The notes below the pieces were generated by a model that saw only the letters and a program-made list of their open reading frames with translations, was not told the DNA's origin and did not search any database. The position numbers and the translations under genes are program-made. Positions 53,709 through 64,000 of a DNA stretch of 64,000 bases are shown here, in pieces; position 1 is the stretch's first letter; every line of letters starts with the position of its first letter. Source of the stretch: Sphyrna mokarran (Eukaryota); contig JAGIQG010000018.1 of assembly GCA_024679065.1 (NCBI GenBank), forward strand, positions 12,338,001 through 12,402,000, in the 5' to 3' direction.

Positions 53709-54508
53709 TGGTTCTTTATCCACGCAAGAAATGAATGCCCACAAAGTTCTGTGGCTTAGTCTTGATCGAGTCTGTACGTACTGTTGACCAACATGGATCT
53801 TTGAAAAGTGACTGAAAGGAGGAGCTCAGATTCCACAAATGTATCATCTCAGAGGCATTGCTGACTATTTGGGCTAACTCAATATAGAAAGAGGAGATAA
53901 TCCTCATATTCACAGCTCAGAATGCATTTCCCCAGTAATGCTTTTGGGTTTTTTCCCCCATGACTTTAACATCAATGCTTCAGCAACAATAAGAATAATT
54001 GATATGGGCTGACCATCCCCACCCAGAAGGTCACTGGATGAATGAATTACCCAGTTTGATCTCCAGTTTGTGCTCAGTTTGCTGATCTCAATCAGGATAC
54101 AACAAAGGTATTTCAAATGGCCTCAGTCACCCTTGATTGGGTTAAAGAAAAATTGGCCAGAGTCCCCAATTCAGGATTGATGTCCTGTGAAATTTGCATG
54201 CAAGTGTATGTGGGTGTCAAATAAGAACAAGATCAGATGAAGTGCTGTTGCCTGACATGATGGACTAGTCTATAGACCTGCTGATGGTCAGTTAGGAAAG
54301 TTATGGAGCATTGCTGCAACTTGAGGCTGCACACATTCAGATCATATAGGTGGAAGGCAATTGTTTGAATGAGTACTTGAAAATATATAAAGAGATCATT
54401 TCACTGCTTTGCGAGTAGGAATACAAAGAAAACAAAATGATCAACTGAAACAGATGTATAATTTGAAACAGTCACAAAATTGCAAAGAAGCTATCATCAG
54501 AGATATAA

Positions 54509-54772
54509 TTAGCACTGCTGCCTCACAACACCAGGGACCCGGTTTGATTCTGGACTTGGGTCACTATCTGTGTAGAGTCTGCACATTCTCCCATGTGTCT
54601 GCATGGGTTTCCTTTGGCTGTTCTGATTTCCTCTCACTGTGCAAAAGATGTGCTAGCTAGGTGCTAAATTCTCCCTCAGTGTACCTGAACGGGCACCAGA
54701 GTGTGGTGATTCAGGGGTTTTCATATAACTTCATTGCAGTGTTAATGTAAGCCTATTTGTGACACAAATAAA
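54509..54772 (+). mobile_element. tRNA-derived SINE, alternative-tail subfamily
   Basis: TTAGCACTGCTGCCTCAC head; tail AACTTCATTGCAGTGTTAATGTAAGCC; tail fragment also at ~51550-51610. Confidence 0.82.
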
Positions 54773-54920
54773 TCAATTTTTTTAAAAAAAATTTGATACT
54801 AGCCAGAAAAAATACTGAAGCAAATAACTAGTAAAAAAAAATCAAAAAGAAAATAATTTTTGAATGTGGGTTTTCAATCAAAAAAGTTAGAGTTACCAGC
54901 TGAGATGGAAAAGCATCCTT

Positions 54921-55112
54921 CTACTCTTCAGTGGCAGATTTGGAAGACACCTGGATGACCTCGACCGTGCTGAAGCTTTTGCTTGCAGAAACCCGGTTCC
55001 GGGTGCGAAGTTTGTTCAGTGCACATTCTGCCATGCCAGCTCTCTCTTCAGCATCATCCAGCTCGTGCACGGTTTTCCTGTATTTTGCCAGGCTCTGGTT
55101 AGCCTGTTCCTC
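54921..55112 (-). CDS. MYH16: MYH16-like last coding exon with stop ([63 protein letters not shown])
   Basis: CCACAG acceptor, TAG stop. The tail [28 protein letters not shown]...VExIQVS resembles mammalian MYH16 as recalled, rather than MYH1/2/7 tails. Confidence 0.85.
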   Translation of the reverse strand, partial: EEQANQSLAKYRKTVHELDDAEERAGMAECALNKLRTRNRVSASKSFSTVEVIQVSSKSATEE

Positions 55113-55989
55113 CTGTGGAGATGAAAGCAAAGTAATACTGTGAAAGGGGTTGTCATCACCAGTTGTTTTCTAGCAGGAACAACTGTAACAGCCCCAGCAG
55201 CTGAAGTTGGAAAATACGCTCTCCAAATTGGTTGACATTGAGAAGAAAAACTAACTACTTAATGACTAAACGAATAACCTTTCGCAGCTGATTTACTTGT
55301 TAACTGAGAAAGTAATATGATGGAAATGGGGCTTGGTATTTGGCCAGTAGGTTGAGTCAGGATCTGTATAAAATCTTTTCTGTAAACGAACTTAGACACT
55401 GGAAATAGAAATAATATTCTAGCCTTGAAATTTCCTGGTGGGACAGGTGAGATTGGGGTGGGTGGCTGTTCTGCTGGTCTCTCATTGTAACTCGAGCAAG
55501 AAACTAGTCGATCCCCGAGGACACTTTATTCTGTGCCATTTTCTTATACTTTCTTTGCGGATCTATAAAGGAAACAAATGATGGTGAGAGTTTCTGATGT
55601 CCAAGCTCATTGCCTGCTGATGCTTTACCGTTTGCTATTTTCTTGGCAGTTTTTGTAATTGCCTTCTACTCTGAAGAGGTAGGTCCCAAATTGAGTTCAG
55701 CCCTGAAGGAGGGACAGGGATTCAACACCACATTCCTGGCCTTATTTTGAACCACATACAAGCCACCTAAGGTCATATCCCTGCTCCCAATGAAGGTAAT
55801 AGGTGCAGAGGGCAAAATTAAAAATATGGCACCAAGACAAGAAAGGGCATGCTGGAAGGGTAATCTAAAACATGGATGAAGAGAGAGATTTTATAGGTAA
55901 AAAGGGATTTCAAAAGGAATTTTCAGAGTGATTTAATTAGAATAATGGCTTTCAATACTTGGTGCCAGGATAATGTTGAGTTAACTTAC

Positions 55990-56190
55990 AGACTCCTCAA
56001 TCTGTCTCTTGTAGCTCTTCAGTTTGTTCTGCAGTTTTTCCACCAGCTCCTGCATGCGCTGATTGGTCTTATGATCTTCTTCAGTCTGGAAGATCAGCTC
56101 CTTCAGCCGCCGTTCATTCTTACGCAGATTCTTCACTGTTTCAACGTGACGTTTCTGCTCTGAGTCCAGCTCAGACTCAAGCTCCTTAAT
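55990..56190 (-). CDS. MYH16: MYH16-like rod exon, 201 nt ([67 protein letters not shown])
   Basis: TTTTAG acceptor, TCT|GTAAGT donor, open frame by hand translation; region of the myosin assembly-competence domain. Confidence 0.92.
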
Positions 56191-56322
56191 CTAAAACATG
56201 GGAAATAAATGTTAAATAAATGTGAAATTTCTTGGTTGAGAGGAGTAATGTTGACTTCCATCAGAATTCAGGATCAGCGGACCAGAAAAAAGATAAAGAT
56301 AGGATGGAACATTTGCATTTAT

Positions 56323-56616
56323 CATAGAATCCCTACAATGAAGGAGACTATTTGGGCCATTGAGTCTGCACTGACCACAATCGTACCTAAGCCCTATTCC
56401 CCTTAACCCCACATATTTACCCTGCTAATTCCTTGACATTAGGGTTAATTTATCATGACTAATCAACCTAACCAGCACTTCTTTGGACTGTGGGAAGAAA
56501 TCAGAGCACCTGGAGGAGAACGTCAAACTCCACACTGACTGTGACCTGAGGCCGGAATTGAACCTGGGTCCCTGGCGCTGAGGTAGCAGTGCTAACCACT
56601 ATGCCGCCATGCCACC
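56323..56616 (-). mobile_element. HE1-type SINE nested in an older SINE tail
   Basis: Reverse complement of head, core and tail; flanks TTGCATTTA...TTTCATGACCTCCAGATGTCCCAA resemble the interrupted tail seen at 63085-63130. Confidence 0.82.
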
Positions 56617-57177
56617 TTAAGTACAGTGTCTTTCATGACCTCCAGATGTCCCAATCTCTTTCTGATCTCTGTAAGAAACGTTACAACCAGACACGTGACA
56701 GCCATTTCTAAGGGCCAGTCAGATCAACCATTCCAACTGGCAGGTCAGCATTAACTCACTAAATATTCTGAGATGTTTTTAATCTAACACAAATCTTCCT
56801 GTACTAACATATATGTTCTAATTTAGCAATAATTTAAGTTTATCCCAGAAGACTATTAAATTCAGTTAAGGGCTAAAAATGATGGACTAGACCATGTCTC
56901 ATCCCCATTTGTGACAGATCCTATTTTGGCTGGGTTGGGTGGGAGGACACTTTTTCCTGAGATGGGTGTAGCAACTGGGAGATTTCCTGACTCAAGTTCC
57001 CCAAATCGCGAGTGAAAATCTAGGCCTCTATATTTCAATTAATAAATCAATGGACTGTGGTTTATTTCTCCCTTTGATATCTCAGGTGTTATGATGCAAT
57101 AAAATAACACTCTGAAGCTGAACTATTTTCTGTGGTAATTCAAGTCACATTCATTCCTATTTGCTTGCTCTTCTCAC

Positions 57178-57348
57178 CTTCGTCTCCAGTTTCTGGATGA
57201 TGCGTCGGCCACCTTTGAGGGCTTGTTGTTCAGCTTCTTCTAGCTTAACCTGCAGATCTTTGATTTGAATCTCAAAGTTTTTCTTTATCTTCTCCAGGTG
57301 CATGCAATGTTCCTGCTCTTGGTGCAGCTCCTCAGTCATACGGGCAGC
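57178..57348 (-). CDS. MYH16: MYH16-like rod exon, 171 nt ([24 protein letters not shown]...IQKLETK)
   Basis: AAACAG acceptor, AAG|GTGAGA donor; ORF 57157..57360. Confidence 0.92.
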
Positions 57349-57773
57349 CTGTTTAAACAAAAGAGAAAATGAAATTGATGCAATGACTTGTAAACAGCCT
57401 ACATTTTATACATATCCTGTTAGAACCAAAATTATCAATAGCTGAGAGATCTGCAGTTTAAACAGTTCAGCAATTATTCTTTAAAATCTATGTAATGAAG
57501 CAACAAGAAATTTAGATCAATATCATGATCTTTTAAAAAATTCATGATATATAATTATAAAATAACAATAATAACGGCATAGAAAATGATTTCATATTTT
57601 CATGACAATGAAAAGATGGGAGATGTCTGATTCTTGCTTGGACATAAATAAAATGTTAATTTAGTTTTACTTAGCCTAAGTAAAATTATGTCATACAAAT
57701 AATAGGTTGGTGAATGTTATCTCAGTGAACAAGAACACCTGAGTTGTGTGGTGGCCCAAGATTGTAAACTTAC

Positions 57774-57899
57774 ATCACTCATGGCCTTCTTTGCCTTCTC
57801 ATCAGCAGAACGGAACTCATGGATCAATTCTTCATGTTCGTTTGTGAGCGACTGAAGATCTCCTTCCAGCTTACGTTTGTAAGTCAGCAAAGTACTATT
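57774..57899 (-). CDS. MYH16: MYH16-like rod exon, 126 nt (NSTLLTYKRKLEGDLQ...DEKAKKAMSD)
   Basis: CCCTTCAG acceptor, GAT|GTAAGT donor; ORF 57717..58004. Confidence 0.92.
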
Positions 57900-58386
57900 C
57901 TGAAGGGGATGAAAATAGAAAGTTTGAGAGCTTAATTCATTCTGTCCAGTCTGATCAGTTAACCACTTCAAATAGACTTTCCATTCTGGTAAGATCTCTT
58001 CCATCTGCTTTACTCATCCATGTTGCTCCTGGCCCTGTGTCGATACATTATAACATTTTATAATGCAGCTTCAGGATTCATGAGCCTTAACTAGAAACTC
58101 TGATTTGCAATCTTACTACGTCCAAACAATGCTTCTATTTTCTAATTGGAACTTGAACCTTGTGGTCTAGATTTTTAAGAATAAGACTGAGACTGTTCAA
58201 AAACCTATCTCAGTTTGGATCCAGATAGACAGAATAGAAAATACATTTTGGATATAAAACCAAGCTGTCTGTAAAAATATTGTGATAATACAATGTTGAT
58301 TTGTGACTCCTTTACTTCTGCAAAATGTTTATATTTTTTAATGATCTTTCTCCAGTAGCTTGTGATTATTTACTCCTAGTAGTTAC

Positions 58387-58590
58387 CTGCACATTGAGCT
58401 CATTGTACCGTTCAGTAATTTCTACCAACTCCTGTTCTGTGAGCTTGCGAGATCGTTCACTGGATTCTAGAGTATTGCGATGTTCTTCCAGTTCTGTCTG
58501 CAGAAGGCTAATGCGCCGTTCTGACAGGTTGAACTGTTCACGCAACTCCTCATGTCTACGAGAATCCTCGTCCATTTGTGCTTGTGTATC
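58387..58590 (-). CDS. MYH16: MYH16-like rod exon, 204 nt (DTQAQMDEDSRRHEELREQ...YNELNVQ)
   Basis: CCTTCAG acceptor, CAG|GTAACT donor; ORF 58366..58653. Confidence 0.92.
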
Positions 58591-59179
58591 CTGAAGGAAC
58601 AAAAGGATCGTTCTGTCAGCAATGAGATTATTGAACATTGAATGTGTCAACATTTGCTGGCTGACTCTCAGTCAGGCAATGGTTCAATGTAAGAATTCTT
58701 TTCTGATCCCTGCATAGCCTTGCCTCACGCTATCTCTGAAACCTCTTGAATTCCAATAACTCATTGAGGTTCCTGCACTCCTCCAATTCTGGGCTCTTGC
58801 ACAATCTCAACTACCTTCACTCTATCGTTATCTGCCTGGGCCCTAAGCTTCCTTTATCTCACTGTTATCTTTAAGACCATTCTCATCTGCCACAATACCT
58901 CCTTTGCATCTCAGGGTAATTTTTTCTAATAACACATCTGTGAAGGATTTTGGAACTGTTTACTCCTTAAAGGATGATGTGTAAGTACATTCGCTTGTTG
59001 TAAGTATATTTGTAATCCTACCATAATTAAGAAACATTTATATGACTAGGCTTGTATTTATCTTATTTCAACTATTTTAGTTTTGCTTCTTACTTCCTTA
59101 ACATGAAACTACCCAACCTTTCTTGCAAGATGAGATTGCAATAATTTACAATGAAGCAAAAGGTTCAACTCATCTGTAC

Positions 59180-59372
59180 CTTGAGTTGTTGCTGGAGTTT
59201 CTTTAGGGTTTTGACCAACTCTGCATTGTTTTTGTTTGCATGTTCTAGTTGGATCTCCATCTCATTGACATCGGCTTCCATTTTCTTCTTCAGCCTCAGT
59301 GCCTCAGCACGGCCTTTGGTCTCAACCTCTAAGCTGGCCTGCAATGATTCAATGGCACGCTGGTGGTTCTTT
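59180..59372 (-). CDS. MYH16: MYH16-like rod exon, 193 nt ([46 protein letters not shown]...QQLK)
   Basis: TTTACAG acceptor, AAG|GTACAG donor; ORF 59165..59413. Confidence 0.92.
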
Positions 59373-59661
59373 CTGTAAATTAATAGGAAAAGGCACATTA
59401 GAAACCTTACCAATAGTGACCAACAGTGGTGAATGTCATGGAGATGTCTTTACCCAATAACATGCAACTTTCTTTGTTGAAAGAGAAAGTTGATTATTTA
59501 ACATTACAAAAATAAAGTATTAAGTAGATACTATTCGCAATGTTCAATTCTGATATTTCAATGCAGGGTATAATTTTTAAATCATTACAATAATATTGCT
59601 TAAATCAAAATCAGGAATACCTTTAAAAGTTGTGGAATGACAATACTATCACACTACATAC

Positions 59662-59765
59662 CTTGTGGTTTCAAATTCTTCTTCTTTCTCATGGATTCTC
59701 CGCTCAATGTCTGCCTTCACCTGTGCCAATTCCAGTTGAACGCGGACTACCTTAGCCTCCTCTGC
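59662..59765 (-). CDS. MYH16: MYH16-like rod exon, 104 nt (AEEAKVVRVQLELAQVKADIERRIHEKEEEFETTR)
   Basis: TATTTAG acceptor, AG|GTATGT donor, open frame by hand translation. Confidence 0.9.
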
Positions 59766-60737
59766 CTAAATATAAGATCAACCAAATCTTGTCAGCATGG
59801 AAAAGAAGGTTCAGCTGAGGCATAAAATAGCTATGTCTTGTTTTTATGTAGGATTTACAATGTAAGGAAAATTCTCCAGGGGTCTCACAATAGATATTGA
59901 GCCAAAAGGACAGAATCTGAGATATTGTCAACAGTTTGGCCAAAAACGTGAATTTTGAGGACATTTTGTCAGAGAAACAATTGAAGACTATTTCACCATT
60001 AATGGAGTGAAAGGGCTCGGAATGCACACAAGGCTAGAATCTCAGCAATGGAGTGTCACATAGGGATGGAAGTAATTATGGAATTTTATTTTTCTTGGTA
60101 AGACATGAGGCCAGTATCATCTAAATGTGATATAAAAGTGGACTGGGTCGTGGCATTGTGCCGTTAGCAAGATGCTGAGCTTTTGTTGTGCAAAACTCTA
60201 CATTTACAGTTTTCTATCACTGCATTTAGCCATTGCATCTCAGTATCAACAGTCCTTTGATGTGACAATCCAGCTAAGGGTGACAGCCTAGTTTTCCCAT
60301 TTATTCCCCTCACCCATAAACTGGCCATATAAGTGCATTTACATCACAAGCTTCGCATCAATGTTACTTGTGAAAGCACCTGAAGTAACTCCCAATTTAA
60401 TTGGATTGAGACTGTCTCTGTTACGGGTTCTTACTCCATGTTGTTCTGATGTCAAGTCTAGGTTTGATCTGCACTTTCACTATTGCTGTAATATCATGAA
60501 AGAGTAAAACAACTTGGTAAGTTGTATAAGCGTACCTATTGAATTTTACATGCTCATGATTCAGAATGAACTGCATAACGTATGTACTTTGTCTAGTGCA
60601 TGCAGCAGACATACAAATGTTTGGGACAGTTCCCAAGCTTATACTGTGGTGCTAATGCTTCATGCAATACTAGTCACATTTTTATTCTGACTAAAACATT
60701 TGTTTTGAATGACATTCACTGAATCAGATTTCAGTAC

Positions 60738-60874
60738 CTCCAGTGAACTTTCAGCCTCTTCCAGAGCTATCTGCAGTTCATCCCTTTGAACTTCCAGCTT
60801 TTTCTTCAATTTCTGCAGCTCGTGCACATTCTTTCCACCCTCAGTAAGCTGGTCCACCAATTCTTTAATCTCAT
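60738..60874 (-). CDS. MYH16: MYH16-like rod exon, 137 nt ([28 protein letters not shown]...EEAESSLE)
   Basis: CTTCAG acceptor, GAG|GTACTG donor; phase 1 start matches the upstream exon. Confidence 0.9.
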
Positions 60875-61007
60875 CTGAAGATTCATAGAACATTGCATCG
60901 TGAAATGGGTGATTGTTTACATCAAAACATTTGAAGCTAGACTTCTGAAAAGTAATATATCCATTGTTCACAAGGCAAACAATGTTACTTTCCATATTTG
61001 CTGAGGC

Positions 61008-61075
61008 GCTGAGGCACTGAGGCCGAAGAAGAAAATGGAAGCTGATGTCAATGAGATGGAGATCCAACTGGAACA
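61008..61075 (+). repeat. Inverted 68-nt copy of myosin exon sequence 59241-59308
   Basis: Manual alignment: 65/68 identical to the reverse complement of 59241-59308. Confidence 0.95.
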
Positions 61076-62104
61076 ATGTTATTTGGGAAAGAGGCCAAAT
61101 AACATACTTTAAGTGGACTGGCCTTTGAGCACAATGGGCTGATTGGCCCCCTTCTGTGTAAAATGTTATTGGCGATCATGTAAGATGGGTGACAGCAAAT
61201 TGGCAGCCTGTTTTCCATCTCTCTCCATTTTTATTTCCAGTGAAATCAATGGAGATGACAATTCACCAAGACACAGTGTACAATTGCACAACATTCAAGT
61301 TGCCCCATGACAATGTGTGATTCGATTGCGAGGTGGCACACCAGCATTGTAGCATTATGAACCTTTGGCACAGTTATGGGATCACTTCATACATTTCTTC
61401 ATAAAAGTGAAACATATGATAGATTTGCCATTAATACTGTGAAGTAAATCCTTCATTACGTTTGAGACTCCTTGTTGTAATACTTTCTAATATACCAAGA
61501 CCTTTGGTACAGTATTGTTTATGGTTCTGTCAATAATAGAGTAACTGCCTAAAATAGCGTCTGTAACTCACTGCATTACAGTGTGACAGACAGAATGAAA
61601 ATATAGCAAAATCAAAATACTTTAATAACAAAATTGAAAATTGAAATAGCTATGTTTCAGTTTGATGTAATAACTGATTTCTGCATTAAATCTCACTGTT
61701 TGAGGTAGTCAAGCGGTCTCAGAATTGAATTGCAAGTGGAAAATCTGGTGGTCAAAATGGATTGAGAAATAAATGGCTTGAGCAGCTTTTTAGCAATGAA
61801 CTGAAGATTAACAGATTCTACTTAAGATACAAGGGAGAAGCTTTTTATGAATTCCACATTTGCAGCGTGCCAATCCTGCTAAATAAAGTGAACTAGCTTT
61901 GTGAAATTGATTGTACCTGTACGTCTGCATGTAATCCTCTACAGTCAGGTATGTGTGTGCTTGCATGTGTGTTTTGTGGTAGTTCTGCTTCATCTGTGTT
62001 GAGTAATAAGACACCCAAGATACCTTTGTAATATGAAAGAGGATTAAAATACCAACTGGTTGTTCTGTTACAAAAATGTTTTATGATGAATGTCAAATTC
62101 CCAC

Positions 62105-62321
62105 CTTGTAGATTCTTATTGTCCTTCTTCACAACCTCAAGCTGCTCAATAATCTCTTCATAGACAGTTTTAAGTTTGAAGACTTCTGTCACATGGCACC
62201 TGCACTCCTTCTGTGAGTTGTCAAGTTCAACCTGCAATTCTTCATATTTTTGCTGCCATTCTGACATCATTTTATCGAAGGAGCGTTGCTTTTTATCCAA
62301 AATAGCTGCAGCAGCATTTGC
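62105..62321 (-). CDS. MYH16: MYH16-like rod exon, 217 nt ([30 protein letters not shown]...KKDNKNLQ)
   Basis: TTCTAG acceptor, G|GTGGGA donor; overlaps ORF 61893..62300; LDKKQRxFDK motif. Confidence 0.9.
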
Positions 62322-62795
62322 CTAGAAACAGTTAGAAGCGCAGGCATTAACTGTATTCCATACAAAAATAATCTTGCAGAGATCATGCCTGTATTTTGTT
62401 TGGTTTAAATCTTCTTGGGATTTCTGTGAGCGCAGTGGAGGATATATAAAGAGGATTGTAACTTGTTGGGTAAGTATTTTGAATGAGTGAACCAGGCATT
62501 GAATGCAGCACTGCTGTTAGGATTGCCAGCTCTGATTGAGAACATTCCTGAAGGTTTCATCACATGACCTCACAAACTTATTTAATTTTTCTTCAGTATT
62601 TTAAAAATGAAAAATATTGGCAATTTTTAAAACTGCCACTACACTTTATCTTGCTGGTTACTTGCAACAGTTCTAATGATTAATTATTTTATTCCTGTAT
62701 GGTATCGGAAGTTTGGGAATGCTCGCTGATCTGTGCTTATAATATTAGAAAAAAATCACTCTTATTTGCATTCGCAGTTTCTTTCTAAGTTGTAC

Positions 62796-62928
62796 CTTTT
62801 CCAGTTCAATGGTCAAATCTTCCACCTCTCCAGTAAGTCTCTGTTTAGATTTTTCTAGACTAGCTGCTCGGGCCTGTGCAGCCTCAGCTGCTTCTTCAGC
62901 CTCTTGTAGTCTGGCAGCCAGCTTCCTC
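62796..62928 (-). CDS. MYH16: MYH16-like rod exon, 133 nt ([44 protein letters not shown])
   Basis: TTTACAG acceptor, AAG|GTACAA donor, open frame, myosin heptad sequence; missed by the ORF track. Confidence 0.9.
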
Positions 62929-63084
62929 CTGTAAATGAAAAAGCATCATAACAGAAGATGTGTCATTCAAGGAGAAGTCAAGCAGCACGAAGGTTGAGAT
63001 GTTTGCATTACATCGCTATCTGGGAGGTTCATGTTATTAAGACACCAATGTCTCCAAGCCTCAAAAAAGAGTACTTTAATAGGT

Positions 63085-63310
63085 TTGCATTTATATAGCA
63101 TCTTGCTTAACCTTAGAATGTCCCAAAAAGTTCTGCAGCCAGTAACACATTCATAGTCACTATTTTACTCAAGGAAATGTGGCAGCCAATTTGCACACAG
63201 CAATATCCCACAGAAAGCAAGGTGATAATGACTAGATAATCTGTTTAGGTGTTGGTTAACAGATGACTATTAACCGGAGCATTAGGGTGAACTCCATTGC
63301 TCTTTATAAC
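63085..63310 (-). mobile_element. DeuSINE/SacSINE1-like ancient SINE 3' part
   Basis: TTGCATTTATATAGC...GTCCCAAA...GCAGCCAATTTGCACACAGCAA; related fragments at ~1265-1420, 27500-27735, 29110-29260, 48200-48300. Confidence 0.55.
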
Positions 63311-63920
63311 TGAGGTGCAAAGAAATTTCTTCCACCAAGGGATTGTGAATCATTGGAATTCTCTGAGTGCTATGATATTCAGTCCGTGAGTATATTCAAT
63401 AATGAGATTGCGAGATTTTTGGGCACTTTGGAAATCAATGGATTTGAGGATAAGGCTGGAAAGTGGATGTTCGTGTAGATTAGTTAATGTAGAAGTTCAG
63501 CCATGGATAGTTCATATGGCCAAATGGTTCACTCCTCCTCCTATTGTGTATACTTTTATTTAACTGACAACATGTTCAATTAACTGCCTGATCACTTACG
63601 AAGAAAAATAAAGAACAGAAAATGCTCCTCAGCAGGTCAGGCAATATCTGTGGAGAGAAGCAGAATTAATGAACAGAATTCTCCAACCCTTTCTGCCAGT
63701 GAGCTCTTCTGTTCCCACTAAAATTGACCCCCTCACTCCAAGTTCTTTCAAACAGGGGCATGGGAAGGAATAGAAATCACGATTGACTTTGGTGGGACTT
63801 TGATGGAAAGTCCCACTGGCAGTTGCTGGCGAGTCTCCTCCAGCACAGGAAAACCTGCTCAGGGGAGTTGGAGAATTCCATCCAGTATTTTAGATCGATG
63901 ACTGTTGTCTGCTCACTTAC

Positions 63921-64000
63921 TTTGTCTCTTCCAATTCTTCGGTTTTCTGAATGGCATCAGTTTCATATTTGGTCCTCCATGTTGTCACCTCACTGTTTAG
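63921..64000 (-). CDS. MYH16: Myosin heavy chain (MYH16-like) rod exon, truncated by window edge (LNSEVTTWRTKYETDAIQKTEELEETK)
   Basis: Hand translation gives the hallmark sarcomeric myosin rod motif WRTKYETDAIQxTEELEE; donor AA|GTAAGT at 63920; phase 2 matches the next exon. Confidence 0.9.

Noticed and set aside
61008-61075. Possible exon of a second, plus-strand myosin gene
   Set aside because: Only a 68-nt internal fragment, with no flanking splice sites and no other plus-strand myosin exons in the window

Overview
Eukaryotic (vertebrate) genomic DNA, almost certainly a shark/elasmobranch judging from the HE1-type SINEs and the Penelope/CR1/L2 repeat content. Two protein-coding genes lie on the minus strand in tandem. 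(1) The 3' end of a sarcomeric myosin heavy chain: 11 coding exons with GT-AG sites and a continuous reading frame, 54921->64000. Its rod and C-terminal tail best match MYH16, the 'superfast/masticatory' myosin. A probable non-coding last exon lies near 52.1-52.4 kb. (2) The 5' end of a probable RNF216/TRIAD3 gene: CpG-island promoter and non-coding exon 1 at ~32.25-32.5 kb, a ~27 kb first intron, then coding exons at 4750-4816 and 2190-2314. The rest is intronic/intergenic DNA full of decayed transposons (RTE, CR1/L2, Rex-Babar, Penelope, Gypsy, Harbinger, SINEs), plus two low-complexity satellites bracketing the promoter. The most unusual observation is a 68-nt, 65/68-identical inverted copy of a MYH16 coding exon in an upstream intron of the same gene, which could pair with the exon in the pre-mRNA. 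Also notable are a recursive-splice-like AG|GTATGT site and two uORFs in the RNF216 leader, a fold-back duplication inside a LINE, and a palindromic Penelope-derived element with hammerhead-ribozyme cores. Gene names rest on recalled sequence similarity, not a database search. Repeat boundaries are approximate.
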